From the NCBI GenBank assembly GCA_018664485.1, contig JABJOE010000006.1, positions 7,294-71,293 on the forward strand: DNA of 64,000 nt, written 5' to 3'. Of the stretch, positions 18,961 through 28,409 are shown one piece after another; the stretch's first letter is position 1, and every line of letters starts with the position of its first letter. Made by a program: the position numbers and the translations under genes. The DNA comes from Candidatus Uhrbacteria bacterium. Lineage in GTDB: Bacteria; Patescibacteriota; Patescibacteriia; UBA9934. The notes beneath the pieces were generated by a model. That model searched no databases. It had not been told where the DNA came from and worked only from the letters and a program-made list of their open reading frames with translations.

Positions 18961-19299
18961 TTGACCACAGCAGCAATCGCAATGATCTCTATGTATAGCG
19001 GCGTGATGATCTCAGCTTTCGGGATTGTGTTGTCGCTTTGTTCCTCCACCTCCGCAATCCGCGATTTTGTAGGTCGGCTGCTGATTACCATCGGCTGCGT
19101 GATCATGACGACCGGCTATCTAGCTGTAGGCGTCGTAGATTTTGTTCACACCCCTCCACAAGACCTGCAACCTCTTCCAATCTTCTTCACATCATTCCTT
19201 GGAGTGGCCCTCATCTTTCTCTGCTTCTCTACAGCGTCCGATGCCATGTCCATGATTCGCGGCAAATGGGTAAAACGGCGCGAACTACCGACACCCTAG
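18961..19299 (+). CDS. Hypothetical 3-TM membrane protein (TTG start at 18961 preferred over 18949)
   Basis: Three hydrophobic helices; GGAG 6 nt before the TTG; own promoter and a 3' hairpin at 19316-19346. Confidence 0.55.
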   Translation: MTTAAIAMISMYSGVMISAFGIVLSLCSSTSAIRDFVGRLLITIGCVIMTTGYLAVGVVDFVHTPPQDLQPLPIFFTSFLGVALIFLCFSTASDAMSMIRGKWVKRRELPTP

Positions 19300-19352
19300 A
19301 CTGCGTACACCTCGTAACACCTCCCTACCACTGGTCGGGGGGTGTTGAACGT

Positions 19353-19826
19353 TTAATAGCTGTAATCAATTTCTGAATCCTTCCAACCAATGTCGCTGTA
19401 TGGCTCGTTCTTATTTACGAGCGTAAACATATATTTGTAATAATCGATAACGTCGTCAGGGATATTGTCTAGCGGAGCCCAAACGAGCTCACTACACTTA
19501 TGCGGCTCGGCGTTTGTAGGCTCCCCCTCCAACTCTTTGCACATGAAAAAGAAATCAACACGCTCGTGATCATCGCATTGACGATGCATCGTGTGTGCCA
19601 ACTTTAAATTCTTTGGATCTAAATTAAGCCCCGCTTCTTCTTTTGCTTCTCGGCACATTGCGTCAACCATCCTCTCACCTCCGTCTACATGTCCTGCAGG
19701 AAGTCCAAGTTCACCATCTTTAAATCCGGTGTTATGTCGTCTAAGTAGCAAAACTTCGTCCTTGTCATTAATGAGAAGAAGATACACCGACGCTATCATG
19801 CGGAACTTATCTTTCCAGTTCGCCAT
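19353..19826 (-). CDS. NUDIX hydrolase
   Basis: Nudix box GHVDGGERMVDAMCREAKEEAGL; NAEPHKC motif. Confidence 0.92.
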   Translation of the reverse strand: MANWKDKFRMIASVYLLLINDKDEVLLLRRHNTGFKDGELGLPAGHVDGGERMVDAMCREAKEEAGLNLDPKNLKLAHTMHRQCDDHERVDFFFMCKELEGEPTNAEPHKCSELVWAPLDNIPDDVIDYYKYMFTLVNKNEPYSDIGWKDSEIDYSY

Positions 19827-19827
19827 A

Positions 19828-20445
19828 CTAGTTAAGCTGCAATGTAATCTCGCCAGAAACCGTATTTACTCTCACGGCAAAAGAAAACTCGTCGTCAACA
19901 CATTCATTCGTGCAGTACGAGTGCACACCTTCATACGTTGCAATGTACAAACCGTCTACCGTCTCTTCCGCTACCAAACACGCACTACCATCTAGGTGAG
20001 CGTACAGTCCTATGATTTGCGTACGCAGCAAAGCGTCAACAATCTCGCTTGGAGAAACTTTTTCGAGCAACTCTTGAGTCGCTGTCGTAATTACAACTTC
20101 ATCTTCCCCTTCACCAAAACCAGTAGCACTATGAACTGAAACATCACCAAACATCTGCTCATCAACGAAAATTTCCCCCGTCGAATCCTGCCACAGTACT
20201 TGCTCATCGCCGAGTGTCCAATCATTTAAAATATTTAACGGCGCCAGATCGGTACCACTAATTTCCCGCGCCGTAATTAATGTCTGCTCGTAACGGTCGA
20301 AAGAGTCTTGTGTAATTGATTCTGCTAAGCACTCACCTTCCCCAGACAACACAACATCCCCAGATTTATTGTCCGAGTAATAAACAGCTAGCCCGATAAT
20401 GAGAATAAAAGCTAGAACGCCGATTGCTAAAATCATTTTTTTCAT
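19828..20445 (-). CDS. Hypothetical exported/membrane-anchored protein
   Basis: N-terminal MKK plus hydrophobic stretch; acidic body with a YCTNEC motif; tightly packed in the operon. Confidence 0.7.
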   Translation of the reverse strand: MKKMILAIGVLAFILIIGLAVYYSDNKSGDVVLSGEGECLAESITQDSFDRYEQTLITAREISGTDLAPLNILNDWTLGDEQVLWQDSTGEIFVDEQMFGDVSVHSATGFGEGEDEVVITTATQELLEKVSPSEIVDALLRTQIIGLYAHLDGSACLVAEETVDGLYIATYEGVHSYCTNECVDDEFSFAVRVNTVSGEITLQLN

Positions 20446-20462
20446 ATTTATTTCAAAACTTT

Positions 20463-20996
20463 TTAAACAAACTCAGTTAGCCTTCTCTCAACCATCTCGA
20501 CAACTTCATCGATAGACAAATTACTTGTATCAATTCTTTCGACTGAAGAGTCATCGACTCTATGTTCGTGATACCACGCGATGTTACGTTCCACACGAGA
20601 GCGAGGACTTGGTGGATTCGGGCTACTTTTCTGACGCGCGAGGACACGTCTCATCGCCGTCTCATCGTCGGTGAATAGTTCAATATGCAAAAACTTATAG
20701 CCAAACTCTTCTGCGATCTTTCGAAACTGTGCAGGTTCTTCGGGCCTCAACGTTTGTGGAAGAACGATACTTATTCCATGCTTACAGTAATTTCTGGTAA
20801 GTGATCGCACACCATCACGAACGATAGCGTTATCGCCGTCGCCACGTACAAAGTCTGAAATCTGCCACTTAATATCATCCATATCAAAGACAGCTACACG
20901 CGAAAGCTTTTCCTTAAGCTTCCTACCGACCGTAGTTTTTCCAGCACCAACCATGCCGGAGATGAGTAATATGAATTGTGTATTGAGTGCAATCAT
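20463..20996 (-). CDS. P-loop nucleotide/small-molecule kinase (AAA_33-like)
   Basis: Walker A GMVGAGKTT, DMDDI, lid-like RRVLARQ, IDTSNLS. Confidence 0.8.
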   Translation of the reverse strand: MIALNTQFILLISGMVGAGKTTVGRKLKEKLSRVAVFDMDDIKWQISDFVRGDGDNAIVRDGVRSLTRNYCKHGISIVLPQTLRPEEPAQFRKIAEEFGYKFLHIELFTDDETAMRRVLARQKSSPNPPSPRSRVERNIAWYHEHRVDDSSVERIDTSNLSIDEVVEMVERRLTEFV

Positions 20997-21532
20997 GCGT
21001 CGATACTATCCTCAGGTGAGCCATCTACTATTCCCAACTCTTTCAAAACTTTTGGATTCATAATTGCCGGAAGAGCCTGATCGCTCCCCTGAACTAAACC
21101 GGACATAACAGCAGCCCTATCAAGGACGTCCTCATATACCTCCAGTTCCTTCAACCTTTTTGACAAAAGATTGAATTCTGTTTTGGCGTTTGCAAAAACA
21201 GGATCCTTCATTGCCCTCTCTAACAATGAATACATGCGTATAGCCCTCTCACTCATTTTGTCTTTATATAAATCGCTTACTCCAGGCTCATCTACAATAT
21301 CCTGTATTTCCTTTATGACTGCTCGTATATCCGTAATAGTATCCGGCTCAATACCATCCCTCCACTCTAAAGGTTTTTCTTTTTGCCGTTTTAGAATATC
21401 GAGTAACTCAGCGATCCTATCCACTACAGCCTTCATCTCAACACGAGCATGAGAGAAGTCTCTAATATCCTCACTCCCATCTGGTTTTACACGAAAACCT
21501 CTTTCTGAAAATCCCGGTGAGCCAACCCCCAT
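20993..21532 (-). CDS. Hypothetical protein
   Basis: 179-aa ORF abutting both neighbours; helical and charged. Confidence 0.6.
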   Translation of the reverse strand: MGVGSPGFSERGFRVKPDGSEDIRDFSHARVEMKAVVDRIAELLDILKRQKEKPLEWRDGIEPDTITDIRAVIKEIQDIVDEPGVSDLYKDKMSERAIRMYSLLERAMKDPVFANAKTEFNLLSKRLKELEVYEDVLDRAAVMSGLVQGSDQALPAIMNPKVLKELGIVDGSPEDSIDA

Positions 21533-21534
21533 AT

Positions 21535-21987
21535 TTATTCCTTCGGTGCAATTAACCGCGCAACAATCTCGCGAACACGATTACCGTCAACGTTACCTTT
21601 TAATTCCTTCATTACAGCTCCCATTGCTTTCCCCATTCCACCGGCGTCCCCATCTTCCATTTCATCCACAACTTTTTGCACAGCAGCCTCCAAATCCTCG
21701 TCACTCATCTCGGGTGGCAAGTACTTCTTTAAAACTTCAATCTCTACGCGAGCTGCCGCAGCTAAATCCTCACGCTCCCCTTTTACAAACTCCCCAAGAG
21801 CATCGTTCATCTTTTTAACATCAGAACGCACAACGGAAATCACATCCGCATCTTCGAGCTCGCGCTTAAACTCAATCACCTGATTCTTCAAAGAAGCCAT
21901 CAGCATGCGAAGTATGCTAAGCGTCTGCGTGTCCTTAGCTTTCATCGCGACAACTAGGTCGGCTTGAATATCTTTAAATAAACTCAT
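21535..21987 (-). CDS. yqeY: GatB/YqeY domain protein
   Basis: AMKAKD...LRML...EIEVLKKYLP.EMS...MGKAMGAVMKELKG; downstream of rpsU. Start moved to MSLFKD. Confidence 0.9.
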   Translation of the reverse strand: MSLFKDIQADLVVAMKAKDTQTLSILRMLMASLKNQVIEFKRELEDADVISVVRSDVKKMNDALGEFVKGEREDLAAAARVEIEVLKKYLPPEMSDEDLEAAVQKVVDEMEDGDAGGMGKAMGAVMKELKGNVDGNRVREIVARLIAPKE

Positions 21988-22183
21988 ATTGCAATGGTTA
22001 TAGTACACCTCTAATGGTAAGAGTTGATCGACTGCGGGTCAAGTAACATGTGGCCAAGGCTCTGCAGAAAATAAAGCGATGCGTGGGCATAGTCCTTACA
22101 AGTAACCGTATTTTGCGTTAACTTTAATGAGTGAAGGGAAGATAAATTTAAAACAGGTTTACGGATCGAGTCCTTATACGACC

Positions 22184-22343
22184 AGACCTCTACATACGCA
22201 CATGTTCTGCATTCATTTCATATGGATGTTTGAGCGAAACGAATGACGACCGAGGAGGCATAGTAGAACTATACCGACGAGGTTGGAGTTTGTTGTAGCC
22301 AAATCATACAATGAATGCAGAACATGGGCGTCTGTAGAGGTCT
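22184..22343. repeat. Palindromic/MITE-like element, copy 1
   Basis: 34-nt terminal inverted arms with 2 mismatches (AGACCTCTACA...TGTAGAGGTCT); core GAGGA-stem-loop-GACGA. Confidence 0.75.
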
Positions 22344-22378
22344 AAAAACAAAACGAGGCCGTTAGGCCTCATTTGTTT
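22344..22378 (-). terminator. Intrinsic terminator after rpsU
   Basis: GAGGCC-GTTA-GGCCTC with T-runs on either side. Confidence 0.7.
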
Positions 22379-22627
22379 TTAACGACGACGTCCTCGGCGC
22401 TTGTCCTCTACAAGCTTACCGATACGAACGAGCCATTCACGCTTCTCCGCTTTTTTGAGCGATCGAAGCTTAGAAGCTTTACGCTTGTTACTTGCATCCT
22501 TGGTCTTATGAAATCGACCAGACTGCAAAGTAAAGCGTTTTCCGCTTCGTTGGTAGCGACGAGTCCATCGGCGGAATGCCGCTTCAAAACTCTCACCTTT
22601 CTTTCTTTTTACGTATATATCAGACAT
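22379..22627 (-). CDS. rpsU: 30S ribosomal protein bS21
   Basis: VKRKKGESFEAAFRRW.R....SG pattern, very basic, upstream of yqeY. Confidence 0.85.
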   Translation of the reverse strand: MSDIYVKRKKGESFEAAFRRWTRRYQRSGKRFTLQSGRFHKTKDASNKRKASKLRSLKKAEKREWLVRIGKLVEDKRRGRRR

Positions 22628-22642
22628 AGAATTTGTGCCAAG

Positions 22643-22671
22643 ATAATAGCTAATTGCAATAATTATGTCAA
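22643..22671 (-). promoter_or_regulatory. Sigma70-type promoter of rpsU
   Basis: TTGACA-17 nt-TATTAT on the minus strand, 15 nt from the ATG. Confidence 0.7.
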
Positions 22672-22759
22672 GCCAAAAACCCTAGATTATTTATAAATTT
22701 GTAGTATTAGCAGCTAGTATGTGTATACTCTACCTATTATCAAGTTTTAATTACTTTCT

Positions 22760-24820
22760 ATGACGCTTCGTATTTCATCAATTTCGCTGCTATTTGCAGC
22801 TTTTATACTCGCACCCTTCAGTCAGGCGCTTGCCATTGCAGGCTCAGACTCCTGGTATGACACCTATTCTGACGGTACAAATTTCGTATATTACGGGATA
22901 ACTTCAGATGACGATACTATCTATGCAGTTGGATACACAGGTGCCATTGCAACTTCAACAAATGGAGATGATTGGGATTTGCAAAATATAACAACCGAAA
23001 GCCTCTACGACGTAGCGGAAAGTGACTACGGAATAGTTGCTGTCGGAGGGGGTGGAGAAATTTATACATCAATAGATAGCGGAGACTCGTGGCAAAGCCA
23101 AACATCTCCGACTACAGCTGACTTATTGGCTGTTGAATTCCGTGGTAACAAAGGATATGCAGCCGGAAGCAGTGGAATATTAATCACAACGATTGACGGT
23201 GGTCAAAGTTGGTCAACGGCTCTTGCGACCTCATCAAACAGTTTTCACGGTATGCATGTTGGTGTTGGTGAATCATGGATGGTCGGATCATCTGGAACTA
23301 TCAATAACAACGGAGCATTCGCAGGATTATTCGGAGCACAAACAAGCGGCGTTGGAAATAACTTATTCGATGTATATTTCCAAGATGATGATTTGACAGG
23401 TTGGGTAGTTGGAACAACTGGAACACTTCTTGCAACTACGGACGGTGGGTCAACGTGGTCAGCTGCCACATCTGGTACCTCTGAGCACCTATACTATATT
23501 GTTGGCGACGATGAAGATGATGACCACTTCTACATCGTGGGGGAAAATATTCTCATGGAAACGACAGACGCTGGTGCAAGTTTCGACACAGTAACTTTCA
23601 GTACCTTGTCTTTATACCAGATGATTGCCGGTACAGTTTTTGAAGACAAGATGTACCTCGCCGGACTCGATTCAGGCGGAGGCGTCGTAGTAACTACGGA
23701 TACAAACGCACCAACAGCGCCCGCTATTATTGGCGTAGACCCAACCTCCCCAACCGCTGAAACTGACATTACCTTGAGCTGGCATACAACTTCAGACGAT
23801 GAAACAAGCATTGACGAGTATCTTGTATACCTAGACGGTGTATATGTAGATTCACCAATTGTATTTCTTTCCGGTAGCTACGAATTCACAGGCCTCGCTG
23901 AAGGAAGCTACGAACTTGGAGTGAGCGCTAAAGATGATGCCGGCAACGAAAGCGCGATCAGTACAGAAACGGTTGTAGTTGATCAGTCAGGTCCATCTAT
24001 TACAAGCGAGAGTCCAACGGAAGCTACTGTCGACACAGCGGTTAGTGTATCTGCAACAGTTACAGACTCACTATCAACTATCGACGGTTGTGCCTTGTAC
24101 ATCGATTCAGTATCGAGCGGAAGCATGAGTGCAAGCGGAAGCACATACTCACTAAGCCAGACATTCACTTCTACCGGTGATTACAGTGCATACGTTGCAT
24201 GTGACGACACTGTTGGAAACATCTCGGTTGGATCTACCTGGACAATCACCGTAAGTGAAGATAGCGGATCAGGTTCTGGTTCGGGTGACAGTGGCTCAGG
24301 AGATTCCGGCGATAGCGGGGACTCTGATGATAGTGGAGACGTTGAAGAGTCAGCAGATACAAGCACACTTATTAAGATGCAGTGTGAAGGTGGCGAAGCT
24401 GCAGACGATCCATGTAAAGCTGTTTACTACTACGGATCAGACGAAATGCGTCACGCATTTACAAACGAAAAAGTTTACTTCACTTGGTACGAAGACTTCG
24501 ATGATGTGATCGTTGTAACAGACGAATTCATGTCTTCAATTAGTCTCGGACCAAATGTTACTTATCATCCAGGAACCAAGATGGTTAAGTTCCTGACTGT
24601 AAACACGGTGTACGTTGTGGAGCAAGGTGGTGTGCTTCGTGGAATTACAAGCGAAGATGTTGCAACTGACCTTTACGGATCAGACTGGAATACAAAGATT
24701 GATGATATCTCAGATGCATTCTTTGGAAACTATTCCTTTGGAGATGATGTGGACGACGCATCCGATTATGACGTCGATGATGCGTTAGACTCCGTAAGCT
24801 CTCTCGACGACAACTTCTAA
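22760..24820 (+). CDS. Secreted protein: YCF48/BNR-like beta-propeller, FN3/Ig-like domains and a C-terminal domain
   Basis: Signal peptide ending ALA; repeated VG..G.I..T.DGG.SW; D.AGNES FN3-like end; GS/D linker; AVYYYG.D..RHAF.NEKVYFTWY domain. Confidence 0.8.
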   Translation: MTLRISSISLLFAAFILAPFSQALAIAGSDSWYDTYSDGTNFVYYGITSDDDTIYAVGYTGAIATSTNGDDWDLQNITTESLYDVAESDYGIVAVGGGGEIYTSIDSGDSWQSQTSPTTADLLAVEFRGNKGYAAGSSGILITTIDGGQSWSTALATSSNSFHGMHVGVGESWMVGSSGTINNNGAFAGLFGAQTSGVGNNLFDVYFQDDDLTGWVVGTTGTLLATTDGGSTWSAATSGTSEHLYYIVGDDEDDDHFYIVGENILMETTDAGASFDTVTFSTLSLYQMIAGTVFEDKMYLAGLDSGGGVVVTTDTNAPTAPAIIGVDPTSPTAETDITLSWHTTSDDETSIDEYLVYLDGVYVDSPIVFLSGSYEFTGLAEGSYELGVSAKDDAGNESAISTETVVVDQSGPSITSESPTEATVDTAVSVSATVTDSLSTIDGCALYIDSVSSGSMSASGSTYSLSQTFTSTGDYSAYVACDDTVGNISVGSTWTITVSEDSGSGSGSGDSGSGDSGDSGDSDDSGDVEESADTSTLIKMQCEGGEAADDPCKAVYYYGSDEMRHAFTNEKVYFTWYEDFDDVIVVTDEFMSSISLGPNVTYHPGTKMVKFLTVNTVYVVEQGGVLRGITSEDVATDLYGSDWNTKIDDISDAFFGNYSFGDDVDDASDYDVDDALDSVSSLDDNF

Positions 24821-24841
24821 ACCACAACAACGAAGACAAAC

Positions 24842-24873
24842 AAAAAAACCGCCGGCTAACGCTGGTGGTTTTT
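24842..24873. terminator. Bidirectional intrinsic terminator
   Basis: AAAAAACCGCCGGC-TAAC-GCTGGTGGTTTTT between convergent genes. Confidence 0.75.
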
Positions 24874-24929
24874 ACTTTAAATGCGAAACGCCACTCAGTC
24901 CACGATGGAACCGAGCGGCATGAGTTGCC

Positions 24930-25748
24930 TCAGACTAGAATAGCTACATTCTGTACTGAAAGACTTCGCAGATAGCGATCTGCAAGCAACAGAGCTGTAA
25001 GCGTGTGCATATCACACAAAGTTGAACCGATCATTCCGGGCACATCGGCGATAGGAACGAGGCGAGACTTGTGATCAACCTCTCCATCATAGCGACCGAG
25101 ACTAGGCATATCTTGTTCCGGCGGGAATACTACGCTCACCAGAAAGATATCCGGCGCCGCACTATCTGTTCCCGTGTTCTGAAAAACCTTTCCAAGAGAA
25201 GCTACGGAGCGGATACCTACAACCGCATCATCGCCAATCTCCTCAGACATCTCGCGAAGAAGCACCCTTACTCCAGGTACTCTCAGGTCTTCAAGCGAGC
25301 CTAACGAGCTACCTCCGCTCGAATACTGAACATCTTCATCTTCAGTGAAGCCACGAGGAAGTCCCGTGACCCAATCACCAACACTATGACGCCACTCCTT
25401 GACTAGTGCCAGGTACTGCACCCCTCTATGCTCGATAATGACAACGAACACCGCACCGTCACTCACAGCGCCGTTTGCGTTGTAACGCATCGGCAGTTCT
25501 ATGATGCGACCATCCTTCAGGCACACCGCACAGTAGATAGTCCGGTGAAACCTAGGTGTACGTTCATCGACATGGTAGATGCCGAGAATCAACTGCTCGC
25601 CATCATTCCCACCAATACTTTCACGCGGCTTGAGACCACGATCTGACAACCAGAGATTGAGCGCAGCAAGGCGTTCATCTGGATCCTTGATCATCGCCTC
25701 CAGCTCATGACCTTTCTCAACGAACAAAGAATGAATATTCACTGTCAT
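24930..25748 (-). CDS. Divergent NUDIX hydrolase (ADP-ribose pyrophosphatase-like)
   Basis: LVKEWRH..G.W...LPRGF ... LLREMSEEIG ... LG.V..NTG ... D..TL.AL. Confidence 0.7.
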   Translation of the reverse strand: MTVNIHSLFVEKGHELEAMIKDPDERLAALNLWLSDRGLKPRESIGGNDGEQLILGIYHVDERTPRFHRTIYCAVCLKDGRIIELPMRYNANGAVSDGAVFVVIIEHRGVQYLALVKEWRHSVGDWVTGLPRGFTEDEDVQYSSGGSSLGSLEDLRVPGVRVLLREMSEEIGDDAVVGIRSVASLGKVFQNTGTDSAAPDIFLVSVVFPPEQDMPSLGRYDGEVDHKSRLVPIADVPGMIGSTLCDMHTLTALLLADRYLRSLSVQNVAILV

Positions 25749-25973
25749 ATCCCTCCATGAACACTGTTCCGAATATCCAGCCTGCTAGCCGAATTTCCTT
25801 TTCTCATCGACCTACCGGCAAACAAGAAGGGTCTAAACGTAAAAACGACCCCAGCCGCAGAGAGCTACATGCCCCAAGCGAGAAATCTTTTTAACACAAA
25901 AAAGCATGCGCGTCAACGTATAACCATTGTATTTGCGGCTTTTCTGCAATACCACCCACACTACTCCCAGAAC

Positions 25974-25997
25974 AAAAAAATCCCACTTTGGGATCTA
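25974..25997 (-). terminator. Intrinsic terminator downstream of hisS
   Basis: ATCCCA-CTT-TGGGAT followed by a T-run on the minus strand. Confidence 0.6.
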
Positions 25998-26010
25998 TTC
26001 GCTCGTTTCG

Positions 26011-26132
26011 AAGGGTGTACTCATTTGAGACTAGCTCTAGGCGTAGGGAAAATGGTGAGAAGCCGTACTAACTGTACGGTGACGAACCATAGGGGCCCTA
26101 GAACAACGAGATAGTCCAAATGAGCAGCCCTT
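26011..26132. repeat. Palindromic element, copy 2 (abuts the hisS stop)
   Basis: Imperfect arms AAGGG..CTCATTTG.GACTA / TAGTCCAAATGAG..CCCTT; core GAGAA-GCCGTAC-TAACT-GTACGGT-GACGA. Confidence 0.65.
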
Positions 26133-27456
26133 ATTTCAACATCTTTTTTACTATCTCTACTACCTTGGCCGAATCCACAATCTCCTGACCACCTGACTCC
26201 ATATCGCGGATAATAATCGTACCGTCTAGAACCTCTTTCTGACCAAGGATCAAGGCAACACGAGCACCCTGCTTATCAGCAAGCTCGAGCTGAGCTTTTA
26301 GCGACCCCTTTCCAAATGCTTCTGCAATCGGAATCCCTTGTGTTCTAAAGTTATCAAATACACGAAGACCCGTTCGACGCGCAGCATCACCTAACTGACA
26401 GAAGAAAACTTGTACCTGTCGTGTATTAGGCAACTCAACCTCCTGGTGCTTCATGGCAAGAACGATTCTCTCGATTCCCATCGCCATTCCCATCGCAGGA
26501 GTCCCTTCACGTCCACCTAGAAGTTCAATCAAACCGTCATAACGTCCACCACCACCGATGGCGTTCGCATTCTTTCCTTCAAACTTCGTTGGCAAAATCT
26601 CAAATACTGTTTTGTTGTAATAATCGAGTCCACGCACCAAGAACGGATTAAGCTCATATGGCACCTCCATTTCATCCAAGTACTCAAGCACCTTCATGAA
26701 GTGTTCTTTTGAATTGTCATCCAACCAATCGACAATCTGAGGAGCGTCAATCTTCAACTCATCCATTCCCTCCGCCTTAGAATCAAGAAGTCGAAGTGGA
26801 TTCTTTGTAAGTCGCTTCTTATCAATGTCAGAAAGCTGCTTTCGGAACTGCTTGAAGTACGCAACCAACTCCATTTCATATTCACGACGGATCTCAGGTG
26901 TACCAATAGAGTTAATCTGGAACACAACTTCCAAACCAAGCTCTTTTAGAATCTGGTGACACATGATGATAATCTGTGCATCAATGATCGGTTCCTTTGA
27001 ACCAACAGCCTCCAATCCAAACTGCCAAAACTGTCTGTAGCGACCGGCCTGTGGGCGATCGTGTCTGAACATTGGCCCTTCGTACCACATCTTTACTGGC
27101 TGTGGACGATCAATCATTCCGTGCTCAATATATGCACGTGCAACAGACGCCGTTGCCTCTGGCCGAAGAACAACTTTGTTATTGCTCTGATCAACGAAAG
27201 AAAACATTTCTTTATCAATGATATCAGTTCCCTTTCCAACAGAACGTTCAAACAAACTAGTCTGCTCCAAAATCGGAAGACGAATACGGTTGAAGCTGTA
27301 GTCCTGTGCAATTCGAGTGATAACTTCCTCGATGCGCGCCCAGTACAACTCCTCTTCAGGCATAATGTCACGGAACCCTCGCAAGAGCTGTGGCACTTTA
27401 ATCTTCTTTTTCGGTACCTCCTCTTCTACCTTTTTTGCTGCTTTCTTTGGGGGCAT
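26131..27456 (-). CDS. hisS: Histidine--tRNA ligase
   Basis: RGFRD, LRPEATA, FRHDRPQAGRYRQF, LVRGLDYY, GGGRYD, GIER. Confidence 0.97.
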   Translation of the reverse strand: MPPKKAAKKVEEEVPKKKIKVPQLLRGFRDIMPEEELYWARIEEVITRIAQDYSFNRIRLPILEQTSLFERSVGKGTDIIDKEMFSFVDQSNNKVVLRPEATASVARAYIEHGMIDRPQPVKMWYEGPMFRHDRPQAGRYRQFWQFGLEAVGSKEPIIDAQIIIMCHQILKELGLEVVFQINSIGTPEIRREYEMELVAYFKQFRKQLSDIDKKRLTKNPLRLLDSKAEGMDELKIDAPQIVDWLDDNSKEHFMKVLEYLDEMEVPYELNPFLVRGLDYYNKTVFEILPTKFEGKNANAIGGGGRYDGLIELLGGREGTPAMGMAMGIERIVLAMKHQEVELPNTRQVQVFFCQLGDAARRTGLRVFDNFRTQGIPIAEAFGKGSLKAQLELADKQGARVALILGQKEVLDGTIIIRDMESGGQEIVDSAKVVEIVKKMLK

Positions 27457-27505
27457 AGTAATTGTTTATATTTCTTGAGACTCTCTCCTAACTTATCTTG
27501 ATCTC

Positions 27506-28111
27506 CTAGTCATTGTAAGAATAATATGGCAAGTCTATCGTTCCAATCCGATCAAACGGCAATCCGCGAATCCACACTTTTCCGACAATCAGATCCTCGT
27601 TAACCGCTCCGAATTTTCGCGAGTCCAAACTTTCATCACGATTGTCGCCAAGAACGAAATACTCATTCAAGCTCAGTGTCACACGTTGATGGCCTGACGT
27701 GTAGTCCTCAATGTAATCCTCTCGAAGCTCTACACCATTTGGATACTCATCATTGAAAACACTAATCACTCCATCTTTTATTTCTACCGTCTCACCTGGA
27801 AGACCAATTATGCGCTTGATGTAATGATCGTTAACTCCTGTTGGTGGCCGGAATACAACGACATCTCCGCGATTGGCATCGTTAAATCTGTAAGAGATCT
27901 CGTCAACGATCAAATATTCATTCTCGAAAAAGTTTGGCTCCATTGAAGCTCCCTTTACGATAAATGGCTGTACAAGAAAAAAGCGTACAGGAATGATAAT
28001 CGCTGCCGCAATAATCACAATCTGTACTACTTCCAAAAGAAACATTACCACCGCTCCAAGCGTGGCACCGAATATCTTATATACAAAGGGGATCTTCTCT
28101 TCCTTATTCAT
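27506..28111 (-). CDS. lepB: Signal peptidase I
   Basis: GASMEP, YIKRIIGLPGE, GDNR..S.DSR.FG. Confidence 0.96.
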   Translation of the reverse strand: MNKEEKIPFVYKIFGATLGAVVMFLLEVVQIVIIAAAIIIPVRFFLVQPFIVKGASMEPNFFENEYLIVDEISYRFNDANRGDVVVFRPPTGVNDHYIKRIIGLPGETVEIKDGVISVFNDEYPNGVELREDYIEDYTSGHQRVTLSLNEYFVLGDNRDESLDSRKFGAVNEDLIVGKVWIRGLPFDRIGTIDLPYYSYND

Positions 28112-28409
28112 AATTCAATGACAATACTTGACCTCTAGATGCGCCTACTATACACGAAAATAAGAAAAAAGCAACAGAAAAAAGCCAGTAAATACGTAAA
28201 AAAACAACCCCATTCACTATTTCTAATTTGCCGTATTCCCGAACCCTACCTATTTGATCTAAGCCACAATAAAATATGTTTTACGCGCCAAAACAGCGCC
28301 TCGACTTGGCGGCCCCGTAACTCGGGGTCGTTTGTGCACTTAAGCTCAAAAAGTATAAAAACACCGTACTTCACAAACCCATGCAAAAACTGTAGTATAC
28401 AATCGTCTT

